Shown here piece by piece: positions 49,854 through 63,159 of a stretch of DNA of 64,000 bases (position 1 is its first letter; each line of letters begins with the position of its first letter). The notes beneath the pieces are model-generated. The model was given only the letters and a program-made list of their open reading frames with translations. It made no database searches and was not told where the DNA came from. The stretch comes from Scenedesmus sp. PABB004 (lineage: Eukaryota). A program made the position numbers and the translations under genes. The stretch is from positions 62,001-126,000 of the forward strand of contig JABVCE010000007.1 in the NCBI GenBank assembly GCA_014905635.1. Reading direction: 5' to 3'.

Positions 49854-50303
49854 TGCGCCCGGCGCGGGGGTAGGGCGCGCCGCGCGAGCGCCGCTGCTCA
49901 GCGCCGCCGCCGCTGGCGCCGGCGCAGGCCGGGCGCCCGACTATGGCGCGCAGAACACTGGCTGAGCTGTTCTGATGCCAGGGCCCGGGGGGAGCAGCTG
50001 TGGGCGAGCTGGCCCTGGCTGGCGGCTGTGCGGCGCGACGTGCGCGCTGGCGGCGGCGTGCCTCAGTGCCGGCAGGTGGTGGTGAGCAGCGCCGCGCAGC
50101 CGCGCAGCGGCTTCTAGTTTGCAGCTCGCGAAATGTGACAGTCGCACGCGCGCGCTCGATGCTCCTCCCCCACGACGTGGCCGCGCGCTCCCACGCCCGT
50201 CATCCTCCCTGTTCACGTGGCCAGCAGACGCAGAGGCGCGCGGCGCAGAGACGACAGGCGGCAGCAGCGCCCCCAGCCATCGGCAGCAGCAGGCGGGCAC
50301 ACG

Positions 50304-52007
50304 ATGCAGCTCCAGGCGCGGGCGTTCAGGTGCGCCGGCGCCCGACCGCGGACCGGAGCGACGGCGCGCGGGGCGCGCCGCTGGGGCGCAGCGCGCGCGC
50401 CGCGGCAGCCCCTGACCACGGACGTCGCCGCGCTCGCAGGGCCGCTGGCGCGCCGCGCGGCTCCGCCAGGCCGCAGCCGCAGGTGAGGGGCGGGGGGCGG
50501 CCCCCGCGCGCCGCGTGGGCCCGCCCAATTGGCGCCAGGCTCACCCCGCGCGCCGCGCGCTGCCCCCAGGCCCGCGGGCGAGTGCTGCTCTCCGCGCAGG
50601 CCAAGGCGGCCGCGCCCACGGGCACGGAGGAGTACATTGAGGTGCGTCAGCGCGTCGTGGGCTCGCCAGCGCCGCCGAGCGCGTCGCGGCGGCGCTGGCA
50701 GCGGCGCTGGCAGCGGCGGCAGCGCCCAGACCGGCCGGGGCGCCGCGCCGCCGCCGCGCGCAGGTTGACCTGCCCAAGCCGCTGGGCCTCAAGTTTGCGC
50801 GCGGCGCGGACGGCGGCGCGTACGTGACCGTGAACGACCCGCAGCTGGGCAACACCGACCCCCGCATCCAGGCACGCAGCACGCGCACGCGCCGGCGGCG
50901 CCGGCGGCGGCGGCGGCGGCCGCGTACCAGGGGACGGCAGCAGCTGCGCTGCGCTGCGCGGCGAGGGGGGCCCGAGCGCCGCAGCGCCTGACGCCCCGCC
51001 GCCGCCCGCGCGCCACGCGCCGCCGCTCCTCGCCCGCCGCGCGGCCGCCCGCCGTCACCAGCCCGGGGACAAGATCACCAAGATCAGCGCCTCGTTCGGC
51101 AGCGACGTGTGGGACGCGCAGAACTTTGGGCAGATCATGTACGCCATCCGCACGCGCAACGGCACGGTGTACATGCAGATCAAGCGCAACTTTGGCGACA
51201 TGTCGGCGCTGCAGGTCGGCCGCGGGGTCGGGCGCCGGCCGCGGGGGCGGCGGCGGCGCGGGGGCGACCCGGGCGGCGCGGCCGGCCGCTGGCGCGCCGC
51301 CCGCGCGCCGTCGCCGCTGACGCGCGCGCGCCGCCGCCGGGGCGCAGGAGGAGGTGATGGACGCGGCGGAGCGCCAGGCCAAGTCGGAGCGCGCGGGCGG
51401 CAACTATGGCGCGGGCACCAAGGAGCTGCAGTCGCGCAACTACGTGAGCCGCAAGGAGCAGGAGCGCAAGCGCCGCGAGCTGTTTGACGACGCGCTCGCA
51501 AAATTCAACAAGGGCGACGTCGAGGTGCGGCCACGTGGCCCCCGCCAGCCGCCCGCGCCGCGCGCCAGCCGCCCGCGCCGCGCGCCAGCCGCCCGCGCCC
51601 CGTGCCGCGCGCCCGCCTGTGCCCGCGCGCACGCGCGCGCGCCCACCTCGCGCGGCGCGCAGGGCGCGCTGGTTGACTTTGAGAACGTGGTCGCGCTGGA
51701 GCCGCGCAACTACGTGGGCGACAACCTCAGCCGCGTGACGCCGATCCTGCCGGTCGCGCACTACAACATCGCGTGCTGCTACTCCATGCTCGGCCAGGCG
51801 GACGAGGGCGTGAAGAGCCTCGACCTCGCGATGGCGTGCGGGTTTGAGGACTACGCCAAGGTGCGCAGCGACAAGAACCTCGCGGCCGTGCGGGGCAGCC
51901 CCAAGTTTGAGCGCCTCATCAACATGTACGACGAGCCCGTCATCAACTGGGCCGCCGTCGAGAACACGCTCGGCGTGTTCGGCAAGCTCTTCAAGAAGGA
52001 CAAGTGA
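50304..52007 (+). CDS. MET1: Thylakoid PDZ/TPR protein MET1 (TEF30/ZKT)
   Basis: [91 protein letters not shown]; transit-peptide-like N-terminus. Confidence 0.88.
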
Positions 52008-52390
52008 GCGAGGGGCGACACGGGGTGGCCCTCGGTCCGCGCGCGACCGCGCGGGCGGGCGGCAGCGGCGGCGGGCGGCGGCGCGCGCAGCGGCGGCGGC
52101 GCGTGCCCGCCGCCGCGTTTTGGTGAGCGAGGGGCGAGCGAGTGAAACGTGAGCGCGAGCGGGGCACCCCGGACGCGCCAGCTGGGCGACAAGCGCCACG
52201 TGGCCCGCGCGCCCCGCCAGCCAGCCGCCCGCGTTCGAAGCGCGGCGCTTTGCCGCCCCGCGCCGCCGCCCGCCCGCAGAGGCGCCCACAGCTCGCGCGC
52301 CCGGTCCTCCCGGTCGGTCCCCTCGCTCAACTCGTCACCGCACGCAAGGCCGGGCCCGCAGCTGCCGGGCAGCGCGCCCCGCGCGCGGAG

Positions 52391-55300
52391 ATGATGGCGC
52401 CCGCGTCCCCGCCGCTGGCGGAGATCCCGGCCCTCCTGGCGGCCGCCTTCGACGGCCGCGATCATGCCGCGGCGTTCAGGGCGGTGTCAGAGCACTTTGC
52501 GGCCGCGCACGCGCGCTCGCCGGAGGCCCTCGCCCAGGTCCGGCCACACGGCGCGCCCGGGCTCGCAGGCTGCCGGGGCGCTGGCAGGCACGCTCCTCGC
52601 CAACATGCGCCGCGCCGCCGCAGGTGCCCGTGCTCAGCCGCGACACCGCGGACGGCCTCCCGCCCAGCAGCCTCGTGCGCCTGCGCGGCATGGTGCGCGC
52701 CGCGGCGGCCCCGGATCACGCTGAGATTGCGCTGGCGCCCCCGCCCCGACCGCCGCTGGCGCCCCCGACGCGCTGCTCGCGCGGCCGCGCCGCCGCCCAC
52801 GCCGCGCCCCCGCCCCCTCCCTGCGCGCCCAGGTGGCGGACATGTTCAACCCGGAGTTCTTCCTGGGCGCCTACCGCCTCGCCCCCGACCAGCCCTGGCG
52901 CCCGGGCGCGCTCTACACCGACGCGGGTGCGCGCCGCGCGTGCAACGCCTCCTCCCTCGCGGCCGTCTGCTGCCGCGCCGCGCTCTCTGACTCTCTGTCC
53001 CCCTCGTGCCGCCGCGCGCGCGCGCACGCGGCCGCACAGTGCCGGACGAGGTTGACGCCGCGGGCGAGACGACCATCATGGAGCGCCGCCCGCTGCTGGT
53101 CGTGCCCGTGCCGGGCGAGCAGCCCTGGGCGACGGCGGCGTGGGCGGGGCGCCCCGTGGAGCCGCCGACGCCCTGTGAGCGCCGCCGCCGGCGCGCGGCG
53201 GCGGAGCGCGCGCGCGGCGCGCCCGCCCGCGCGCCCGCCCGCCCGCGCGCCCGCGTGCGCGGGCCCGCTCACGCCCGCCCGCCGCCCGGCCGCCCGCCCG
53301 CAGCCGCGAGCGAGCGCGCCAAGCGCGTGCGCGAGCCGAGCGCCGAGCCCGCGGCGGGCGGCGCCGCGGCTGACGACGGCGGCGACGACACCGGCGCGGC
53401 GCGCCCCGCGGGCGCCAACAAGGCGCAGCGCGTCGCCGGCGGGCCCGAGCCCGGCGCGCCAGCGGTGGAGCTGGACGCGCTGCGCCGCAGCGGCGCCAGC
53501 GACCAGGGCCGGCCCCAGCCCGCGGGCGCCGCGGACGAGCACGCGGCGCGGCAGCCGGCGTTTGCGCCGGGCGACTGCATCGTCCAGGTGCGCGCGCGCC
53601 CCCGGGCCGGCCCCGCGCCGCCGGGCCTGGTCTGCCCCGCGCCGCCTGGCCCCGCGTCAGCGCGTGCCGCGCCGCCCCGACCCCGGCTCCACCCCAGGTC
53701 TACGGCGCGGGCGACAGCCTGGCGCTGCATGACGTGGTGGAGGTGCTCGGCGTGCTGAGCGTGGTGCCAGACATTGCGGCCATGCACATCGCGCGCCGCG
53801 GCGCCGGCGAGCGGGGCGGCGGTGCCATGCAGCTGGACGGCGACGACGGCGACGACGTGGGCGGCGACGCGGGCGGCGACGACGTGGGCGGCGCCAACGC
53901 CGACGCCGACGCCGGCGGCTTTTGGGAGCACCGCACCGCGGCGCTGCCGCCGACCAGCCAGGTGCGGCGGGGGCGCGCGCGGCCGCTCGCAGGCGCAGCA
54001 GCCGGCCCTGCGGCGCCGCCGCGCGGGGGCCCTCGCCCAGCCGCCCGCGCGGCCGCAGGTGCTGCGCCTGCACGCGCTGACCATTCGCAAGGTGGCCCCC
54101 AACCCGGCCGCCGCCAACCCCGAGCGCGCGCTGGCGCTGCCGCCGGCGGCGCAGCTGCCGGCGCTGCGCGCGGCGGCGCTGTCGCTGCTGGCGGCGCCGC
54201 TGGCGGGCGACGAGCTGGCGGCCGAGTACCTGCTGCTGGCCAGCCTCGGCCAGGCGCGCGCGCGCGGCGGGCGCGGCGGCGCGCGGCTGCTGCCGCTGCC
54301 CCGCGCGGTGCGCGGCGCTGGCGCCGCGCCGCTGGCGCTCACGCGCGTGGGCCCCGCGCGTGCAGGTGGTGGACCGCGAGGCGGGCGGCGCGACGGGACT
54401 GCTTCCGCTCAACCTGACGCACGTGCCCGCCAGCGCCGGCAGCAGCAAGGGTGAGGCCGCGCCACATCGCCGCCGCCGGGCGCCGCAGCGCCGCAGCCCC
54501 CGGCTGACACCGCCCTGCCGCCGCGCCCGTGCCCGCGCACACGCAGCCTGCCAGCTGGTGCCGGGCCTGGCCGCCGCGCTGGGGTGCCTGCTGCCGCACG
54601 TGTCGCTGCTGCCGCTCAGCACGGCGTCGCTCAACGCGCGCCGCTGGTACCCGCAGCAGCACGGCGACAGCGGCCGGCTTTTCCGCGGCGCGCTGCAGCT
54701 GCCGGACAGCGCTGTGCTGCTGCTCGACGAGACCGGCATGGCGGCGGGGCAGCTCAGCGACGCGGGGGTGAAAAACCTGCAGGTCCGGCCGCGCGCGGGG
54801 CGGGCGGGGGCGCGGCGGGCCGCAGCCGCGGCCCGGCACGCGCCGCGCCGCCGCGAGCGGCGTGCTCACGCGCCGCCGCCGCTGCCGCCGCGGCGCGCCA
54901 CAGGCGCTGCGGTCGGTGCTGGAGCAGCAGCAGCTGCCGTGCGACTGCCAGGTGTACACGACGACCCACAACGTCAACACGCCCGCCGTCGTCCTCAGCA
55001 CGGGGCGCAGCGTGCTGCGCGAGAGCCTGCCGCTCGCGCTGCCGCTCGTGCCGGCGCGGCCCGTGCTGGTCAAGCCGGGCTTCGAGGACCAGCAGCAGCG
55101 CGCCGGCGGCGGCGCCTGCGCGCCCGCGCCGGCCGACTGGCTCGCCGCCGACGTCGCGGGGCCGGAGGCCGTGTCCGCCGCCGCGGCGGGCCTCGGCGGC
55201 GCGCTGGGCGCGGTGCGCGACTACCTGGCGGCGGCGCGGCGCGCGAGCGTGCGGCTGGACCAGGCGGGCGCGGAGGCGTGCGTGGCGCGCTTCCGCGCCG

Positions 55301-55678
55301 CGCAGGCGGCCGACCCCGGGCTGGGGCTGGACGACCTGCACCGCCTCATCACGGTGCGCACAGCGCGGCGCGGCGCGGTGATGCGCAGCGTGGCGGGCGG
55401 CGCAGGCGCGGCCCAGGCGCCAGGCAGCGGGCGAGGACCGTCGGCGGCGAGGGCCGCGCCCGCCCACCGCCACGTGCCCGCTCGCCGCCGCGCCGCAGAT
55501 GGCCAAGCTCCTCTCCGCCAGCCTGGGGCACGAGGCGTTCAGCATGGAGAGCTGGGAGCGCTGCATGCAGCTCGAAGCGCTGCGCAAGGCGCGCGTCGCC
55601 GCCGCGGCACCGCCCGCCGCGGCCGCGCGCGCGGCAGCGCCGCGCGCGCCCGCGCCGGCTGCGCGCGCCGCGGCGTGA
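52391..55678 (+). CDS. MCMBP: MCM complex-binding protein (MCMBP/ETG1)
   Basis: SLVRLRGMVADMFNPEFFLG, ERRPLLVVPVPGEQPW, DVVEVLGVL, GDELAAEYLLL, GALQLPDSAVLLLDETGMAAGQLSDAGVKNL, MAKLLSASLG; stop 55676-55678. Confidence 0.88.
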
Positions 55679-56195
55679 TGCTGCTGCTGTGCCGCCGGGC
55701 GTGATGGGCTTGTGCGTGGTGGCGAGAGAGCGAGAGCGGGGCGGCAGTGTGGGGGCGGGCGGCCGCGCGCTCGGAACAGCGCGCACAGCAGCGGCAGGGG
55801 CGGGTGCCGGTGACACGTCGCCGCGGCGGCTCGCGGTGAACGTCACGGTAAACGCCGGGCGGTTGCGGTCGGGGCGGCGCCGGCCGCGGGGCGGCTGGAC
55901 CGGCGGCACCAGGGCACAGGCGTTCGTCCGCTGCTGCGCCGCCGGTGACATGCCGCTCCGCCTTGCATGGCGCGTCCGGTCCGCCGGTGCCATCGCCTTC
56001 GACCCCAGCCGCAGCCCCGGACCCTGCCTCGCCCCGTCCGCGCGCCAGGCGCCTCGCGCAACGGGCAGCATCGGGCGGCAGCAGGGGCCTCGAGACAGCG
56101 ATCGCCGCAGCGCGTCGCGGCCGCGCTTTTCCAACCTGTGTTAGAGCGCGGCGGCGGGCCATGCGGCGCTGAGGGCGCGCCGGCCGACGACGCTC

Positions 56196-59100
56196 ATGGC
56201 GGGGCGCTCGCGGGCGGCGCTGCTGGCGCTGCTGGGCCTCGCCGCCCTGGCGGCGCCGCTCGTGGGCGCGCGCAGCGGCCTGTACAACACCACGGGCGGC
56301 CCGGTTGCGGGCAAGCTCAACGTGCACATCATCAGCCACACCCACAACGACCCGGGCTGGCTGTCGAGCTATGTCCAGTATCACCGCACGCTGGTGCTGG
56401 ACAACCACGTCATCGGGGGCGTGGAGGCCATCCTGGACACGAGCGTGAGCGCGCTGGTCGACAACCCGGACCGCACGTTTGTGTACGCCGACCTCGCGTT
56501 CTTCACAAAGTGGTGGCAGGAGCTGCACGAGGACACGCGCGCGGTCGTGCGCCGGCTCGTGCAGGAGGGGCGGTTCGAGTTCACCAACGGCGGCATCACG
56601 CAGCACGATGAGGCGACGAGCCACTACTCGGGCATGGTCGACCAGATGACGCTGGGCATGACGTTCCTGCGCGAGGAGTTTGGCGTCTCCCCGCGCATCG
56701 CGTGGCAGCTCGACGGCTTCGGCCACTCCCGCACCGAGCCGCTGCTCAAGGCGATGGGCGGCTTCGACGCGCTCTTCTTCGGCCGCTCCGACGTCGCCGA
56801 CTTTGACCAGCGCAAGGCGGCGCACAACCTGGAGCTCGTGTGGCGCGGCAGCGAGACGTACGGGGCGGAGAGCGACCTCTGGATGAGCCAGTACCCCACG
56901 GGTGAGCCCTGGGGTGGTCAAACGGGACCAGCAGGGTTCAGCAGGGTTCAGCAGGGTTCACGGCTCAGGGCTCAGGACTGCAGGCCCTGCTGCCGCACGC
57001 CTGCTCACCGCCCCCGCGCGCCGGCGCCCGCGCCCGCGCCACAGGCAACTACGGCCCGCCGAGCATGTCGTGGTTCTTTGAGCGCCGCAACGACTACGCC
57101 AAGCCGCTCGCCGACAGCGTCAAGGACGACCCCGAGGTGTGCGCCGGCGGCGGCGGCGCGGGTGCCGCGGCCAGCGGCGCCGGCGGCGGGCAGCTGCGCT
57201 GTGGGCGGGCGCGCGCCCGCGGCCCGCGCAGCTCGCCGGCGCGACCCCGCCGCCGGCGCGCGCCGGCGCGACCCCGCGCGCGTGGCCGCCGCCCTGCCTG
57301 CAGACGAACAGCTTCAACCTGGACGAGGTGGTCAACACCTTTGTGGCCAAGGCCAAGGAGTGGCAGGTGCGTCGCTGCGCCGGCGGCCGGCGGCGGCCCG
57401 TGCAGGCGCGGCAGCCGCGGCGGCAGCCGCGGCGGCAGCCGCTGCAGCGGGGGGCCGTCGCGGCGCGCCGACGCCCGCGCGTCCGCGGCGTGCGCGCCGT
57501 CCGCTGCGCAGGCGTGCGTGCAGGGCAACGACGTGATGTTCATGATGGGCTCTGACTTTACGCACAGCGACGCGCGGGCGTGGTTTGCCAACGTGGACAA
57601 GATGATCCACTACGTCAACAGGGACGGCCGCGTCAACGCGTTCTACTCCACGCCCAGCCGCTACGTCGCGGCCAAGCGCGGCGCGGGGCTCAAGTTTGCG
57701 CTCAAGACGGACGACTTCTTCCCCTACAGCGGCAACGCACAGGCGCGTGACGCTCTGCTGCGCGGCAAACCCTAGGGGCCCCTACGGCGCGGCGGCGGGC
57801 CCGCGCCGCGGCGGCGGCGGGCCCGCGCGCGCGCGCGCGCCGCGCCGCCCGCTCACGCCTCCGCCCCTCCCCGCCCGTCTGCGTCTTCGCCCGCCCGCCA
57901 GGGCACCGACTTTTGGACGGGCTACTTCACCAGCCGGCCCACGCTCAAGGCGCAGGTCCGGCGCGGCGCGGCGCTGCTGCAGGCGACGCGGCAGGTGGAG
58001 GTGCTCGCGGAGCTGCAGCCGAGCAGCCGCCGCCTCGCGACGAGCCGGGGGCTCGCGTACGACGGCGGCCAGGCGCGCAGCGAGACGGCGCGCCTCGGCG
58101 CGGCGCTCGCGCCGGGGCACGACGCCGCGGCGCTCGACTTTGCGCTCGCGACGGCGCTGCACCACGACGGCATCACCGGCACGCAGCGCGCCGCGGTCAC
58201 GCGCGACTACGAGGCCTGGCTCCACATCGCGACCGCCAAGGCCGCGCCCAAGTTCCTGCAGGGCCTCGCGGCGCTCGTCTTCCCGGGGCGCGGCATCAAC
58301 GCGCTGCGCCCCGCCGGCGCCGCGGCCGGCAACGCGACCGCCCCCGCCGGCGCCGCCGGCGCGGCGGGGCGCATGCCCGTCGGCGCCATCTACCGGCGCC
58401 GCCGCGCGCTGCACCAGGCCGGCGGCGCCGCTGCTGGGGCGGCGGCGGGCGCCGGCGCTGCCGGCGCCGGCGGCGCTGGGTCGGTGCCGGAGCTGCAGAT
58501 GTGCCTGCTGCTCAACGCGACGCTGTGCAGCGCGAGCGTGAGCCTGAGCCGCGGCCCCGGGTTCCTGCTGGTCGTGTACAACCCCCTGGCCTGGAGCTAC
58601 GAGTGGGGCATCACCGTGCCGGTCGACGACGGCGGCTACACCGTGACCGGCCCCGACGGCGCGCCCGTGGCGTCGCAGCTGCTGCCGGTCAGCCGCGCGG
58701 AGGAGGCGGCGTGGAAGCACACGGGCGCGCCGGACGGCGCGCCGCGCCCCAAGGCCAAGCTCGCGCTGCTCGTGTCGGCGCCGCCGCTCGGGCACGCGAC
58801 GTACACGGTCAAGCGTGGCGCCGGCGCCGGCGCCGCGGCGGCGAGCACGAGCGCGGGGCTCGCGGGCCAGGACGCGGCGCTGAGCACCGGCCCGCTGCGC
58901 GTGCGCGTCACGCCCGGCGCGGGCGGCATCGCGTCGATGAGCCTCGGCGGCGCCGCGGCGCACAACTTCACCACCGAGCTCATCAAGTACAGCGGCGGCG
59001 GGCTGTCGCGCAGCGGCGCGTACACTTTCAAGGCCAACGCCGCGCCCGACGGCGTGGCCAAGCCCGAGGTCACAATCGTGCGGGGCCCCGTGGTGTCTGA

Positions 59101-60571
59101 GGTGCACCAGGTCTGGCCGGGCGAGCTCGGCAGCATCGTGACGCGCCTGTGGAAGGGCGCGTCGCACCTCGAGGTCGGCTGGTACGTCGGCCCGCCGCCC
59201 GGCGGCGCCAACTGGGAGGTCTTTGTGCGCTACAGCAGCAGCCTGCGCAGCGGCGGCGTGTGGTACACCGACGCCAACGGCCGCGAGTACCAGCAGCGCA
59301 AGCGCGGCTACCGCCCGTCGTTCAAGCTCCCCGCCTCGGCCGAGGCGCTGCCGGGGAACATCTACCCCGTCACCACGGGCGCGTACCTCGAGGACGGGGC
59401 GAGCGGCCTCGCGCTCAGCGTCGCCGTCGACCGCGCGGCGGGCGTCGCGTCGATGGCCGACGGGCAGCTCGATCTCAACGTGCACCGCGTGTCGGCGGGC
59501 GACGACGGCAAGGGCATGAGCGAGCCGCTCACCGACGGCGCGCTCGCGGCGGGCACGCACGTCGTGAGCCTCGCGCCCGCGGCGCCGCCGGCCGGCGGCG
59601 GCTCCGGCGGCAGCGGCTCCGGCGTCGTCGGCACGCCGCGGCACCACGAGCAGGTGCTGAACGACCCGCTGCAGCTCGCGTTTGCGGCGCTGCCGCCCGA
59701 CGGCGTGGCGGTGGCGCCGAGCTCGACCGGGCTGTCCGCGCCGGGCGCGCTGCCGCCGGGCGTGCACGTGCTGACGCTCAAGTGGCTGTCCTGCGAGCGG
59801 GTGCTGCTGCGGCTGTCGCACATGTTCCAGGCCGGCGAGCACCCGTCGCTGGGCGCCACGGCGCGCGTCGACCTGCACGCCCTGCTCAAGCTCGGCGTCG
59901 TCGGCGCCGTCGAGGCGGCGCTGTACGGCGAGCGGGCGCTGACCGATGCGGACGACGCGCGGCCGGCGCAGGAGCTGGGCGCCAACCTCACGACCTGGGA
60001 CCCGCCGCTCCCGCGCACCAAGGGCTACAGCTTCCTCAGCAACCGCCTCGTGGGCCCCATCCCGCCCGGCACGCACGTGAGCCTGCACCCGATGCAGATT
60101 CGGACCTTCTACCTCACCGTGCGCCGCGCCGACAGCGCCTGCACCGACCCGCCGCGCCGCGCCAAGCCGGTCGCGGCGGCGAGCTCGCTCGTCGCGCCCG
60201 GCGCGGGCACCCTCGCCGCGGGCGCGCCCGAGCGCGGCGGCGGCGCCGACAGCGGCGGCGGCGGCGACGCCGCGGCGGCGCTGGGCAGCTGGCTCGGCGG
60301 CGTCGAGGCGGGCGTGGAGGCCGCGGTCGGCGCGGGCGTCGACAAGGCGGCGGCGTGGGAGGCGGCGGCGGTGGACCAGGTTCGCCGCGGCATCCACCGC
60401 ATCAGCGGCGCGGAGCCGGGCGGCGGCCACCACGCGCCGCTGTCGCGCAGCGCGCTGCTGGGCATGCTGCTCGTGCCCGCCGGCGTCGCGGTGGGCATCG
60501 CGGTCATGCTCTTCAGCAGCGCGCGCGGGCCGTCGCGGCTGCACCACAAGCCCGGCGACGCCAAGGTGTGA
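56196..60571 (+). CDS. GH38 alpha-mannosidase (lysosomal/vacuolar type) with signal peptide and C-terminal TM segment
   Basis: LNVHIISHTHNDPGW, QHDEATSHY, AWQLDGFGHS (nucleophile motif), MGSDF, FYSTPSRY, TDDFFPY, FWTGYFTSRP, HHDGITGT, YTDANGRE, PMQIRTF; 4 introns. Confidence 0.93.
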
Positions 60572-61634
60572 GCGGGCAGCCAAGGCGTGGGCGGGGGCCA
60601 AGGCGTGAGCGGGCCGTGGCGCGCGCGGCGCGCGCGGCGCGCGCGTGAACGAAACGGGGGGCAAGCCGGGGGCAAGCCCAGGGCGCCGCAGCTGCTGCTG
60701 GTGCTGATCGTGTGAGGTGTCTGCACGCGCGTCGTGCTGTGCGCGCTGTCGATAGGCGCAGAACGACTGCCCATGTGTTCCGTGAGCGTCGAATGACGGT
60801 GGGGGTGTGGGTGCGGGCGGCTGCTGTGCTGCGACGCACGAACGAACGGCGGCCGCCCGGCGCGTGCCCGGCGTGCTGTACGCAATGGCAGCGGCGGCCG
60901 CCGCTGGTGACGCTTGACGCCCGGCGCCCGTCCGTCCCGTCCGACGTGCGGCCCGGTGCTCGGGCATGCCGATCGGCAGGCCGCACGGAGGTTTCGCCGG
61001 CGGCAGGCGACTCTTGCCGCACGAGTGGGCACAGGCTGTGCCGCACAGCCCAACGATGACCTGGGCCTCGATCTTCGCCGCCCCATTCATGTTTTTGCTC
61101 CCACGCGCCCCGCGCCATCTCAGCAGGTCCAGGACGTCCCGGCCGGGCTCCCACGCCCTCTGCCCGCTCGACCCAACCCAACCTTCGACCTTCGCGCTGT
61201 CGTGCGGCGCCAGCAGGCCCGCGTGGCTCTCCGCACGCCGCCCGAACGTGCACCGTGACCGATTAAAGCAGCGGGTGGCTCGCCAGAGCGCCAGGTGCGC
61301 GCGCCGGAGCGGGAGAGCGCGTGCCTGGCCGGCGGCCTGCCCCGCCAGCACAGCCCGCGGCCGGGCTCGTCGCTGCGCGTCATGGCATAGCCAGCGGGAG
61401 CGCTGCCACCAGGCGGCACGGCACGTGGCGACAGGCCGCACGCGCGCGGAGCGAGCTCTGTTCCGCGTCGCTCGCTGCTGCTCCCGGCCGCGCCCCGTCC
61501 GGCCCGCGTTTCCCGTACCGTCACTGCCCCGGCCCATGTGCTGCCGCTCGCCGCAGCGGCCGCCGCTCACCACGCCGCCGCTCACCCCGCCGCCGCCGCC
61601 GCTCCGCCGCTGGTGACGCGTGTGCCCCCGCAGG

Positions 61635-63116
61635 ATGGTGCGCTGCGTGACCGCCCTCCTGCTGCTGGCGGCGGCGCTGTCCGTGGCCAACGCGAGGGAG
61701 GTCCTGGGGACGCGCCGACGTGAGCCCGCCCGCGCGCGACCCGGCCGCCCCGCGCGCCGCGCCGCCGCGCTCACGTCCTCTCGCCCGCGCGCCCGCCCCG
61801 CGCGCGCGCAGCCGCGCCGGCCGCGCCGGCCACGCCCGCGGAGGTCGAGGCTGTGCTGACGCCGCTGCTGGGCGGCGCCGACGCGGGCGTGCCCGACGTG
61901 CAGCCGCTCGACCCCGGGGAGGGGCTGGTCGCCGACGCGGCGACGCTGCCGCCCGCGGGGGGCGACGCGCGCGCCGCGCGGGCGGCGCCGGCGCAGACGG
62001 GGCCGGCCGACCCGCTGCTGGCGGCGCTGCTGGACAAGCACAACGCCTTCCGCGCCCGCTACGGCGCGCCGCCGCTGACGTGGAGCGCCAAGCTCGCCAC
62101 CAGCGCGCAGGCCTACGCCGACATCTGCGCCAACGGCCAGCTCGCGCACAGCCAGCTGGGCCAGAACCTGGGGTTCACGGGCGGCGACCTCGCGCCCGAC
62201 TCGATGGCCACGTCCATGGCCACGCAGTTCAAGGGCTGGTGAGCGCGGCGCGGGCGCTGCGGACGCGTGCCCGCCCGCTGGCGGGCCGCTCCGGCTGACC
62301 CAGCGCGCCGCGACCCCGCGACCGCGAAACCGCAGGACGGACGACGAGGCGTCGCTGTACGACTACAACAAACCCGTGCTGGACGCCAGGTACGGCCACT
62401 TCACGCAGGTCGTCTGGTACAGCTCCACGCAGATCGGGTGCGGGTACAAGACCAAGTGCAGCTTCCCGTCCGCGCCGGTCGCGGATTTCAAGGTCGCCGA
62501 CTTCACCGTCTGCCACTTTGACCCGCCCGGCAACTTTGGGTCGACCTTCAGCTGGAACGTGCTGCGCCCGGGCACGCCGGTCAAGGTGCCCACGGCGCGC
62601 ATCACAGATCTGTCGACCAACCGCGCCGCGCTCGACGCCGACACCAAGGTGTCCATCCAGTCCGACCCGCCCGAGTGCCTCACCTCCGACACGATGATGA
62701 CCTACGGCTCGGTGCGCCGCGGGCGCTGGGGGGGAGCGGGAGAAAGGGCGCGGCGGCACCACGCGCGCAACAGCGCGGCCCCCCGCGCCCCGCCGACCCG
62801 CTTGCCCGCGCCGCGCCGCCGCGCTCCGCGCGGCGCAGGGCTACATCGGCTGGCGCTGGTGCTTGGGCAGCCTCCGGGGCGACATGGGGCTCATGAATAA
62901 GCAGTTCACCCTGCTGCCCTCGGCCAACCTGTACCCCACTCCGTGGGTGGCGCTGCAGCAGAACTACAGCATCTCCACGGTTGTGCTCAACCCCGCGTCG
63001 GGCGCGCTGTTCAAGTCGCCCTTCAGGCTGGAGCTCAAGGGCGGCGCCGGCACGACGCGGCTGACGCTCAGGCGTGAGTGCCCGCGCCGCCGCCTGCTGT
63101 CGAGTGCCGCGGCGAC

Positions 63117-63159
<43 letters not shown>

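Noticed and set aside
56929..57776. CAGCAGGGTT x3 and a single AAACCCTAG in GH38 introns as telomeric remnants
   Set aside because: Too short, and not tandem telomere units.
57782..62149. 1455-aa minus-strand ORF
   Set aside because: Antisense to the long GH38 exon; no recognisable domain.
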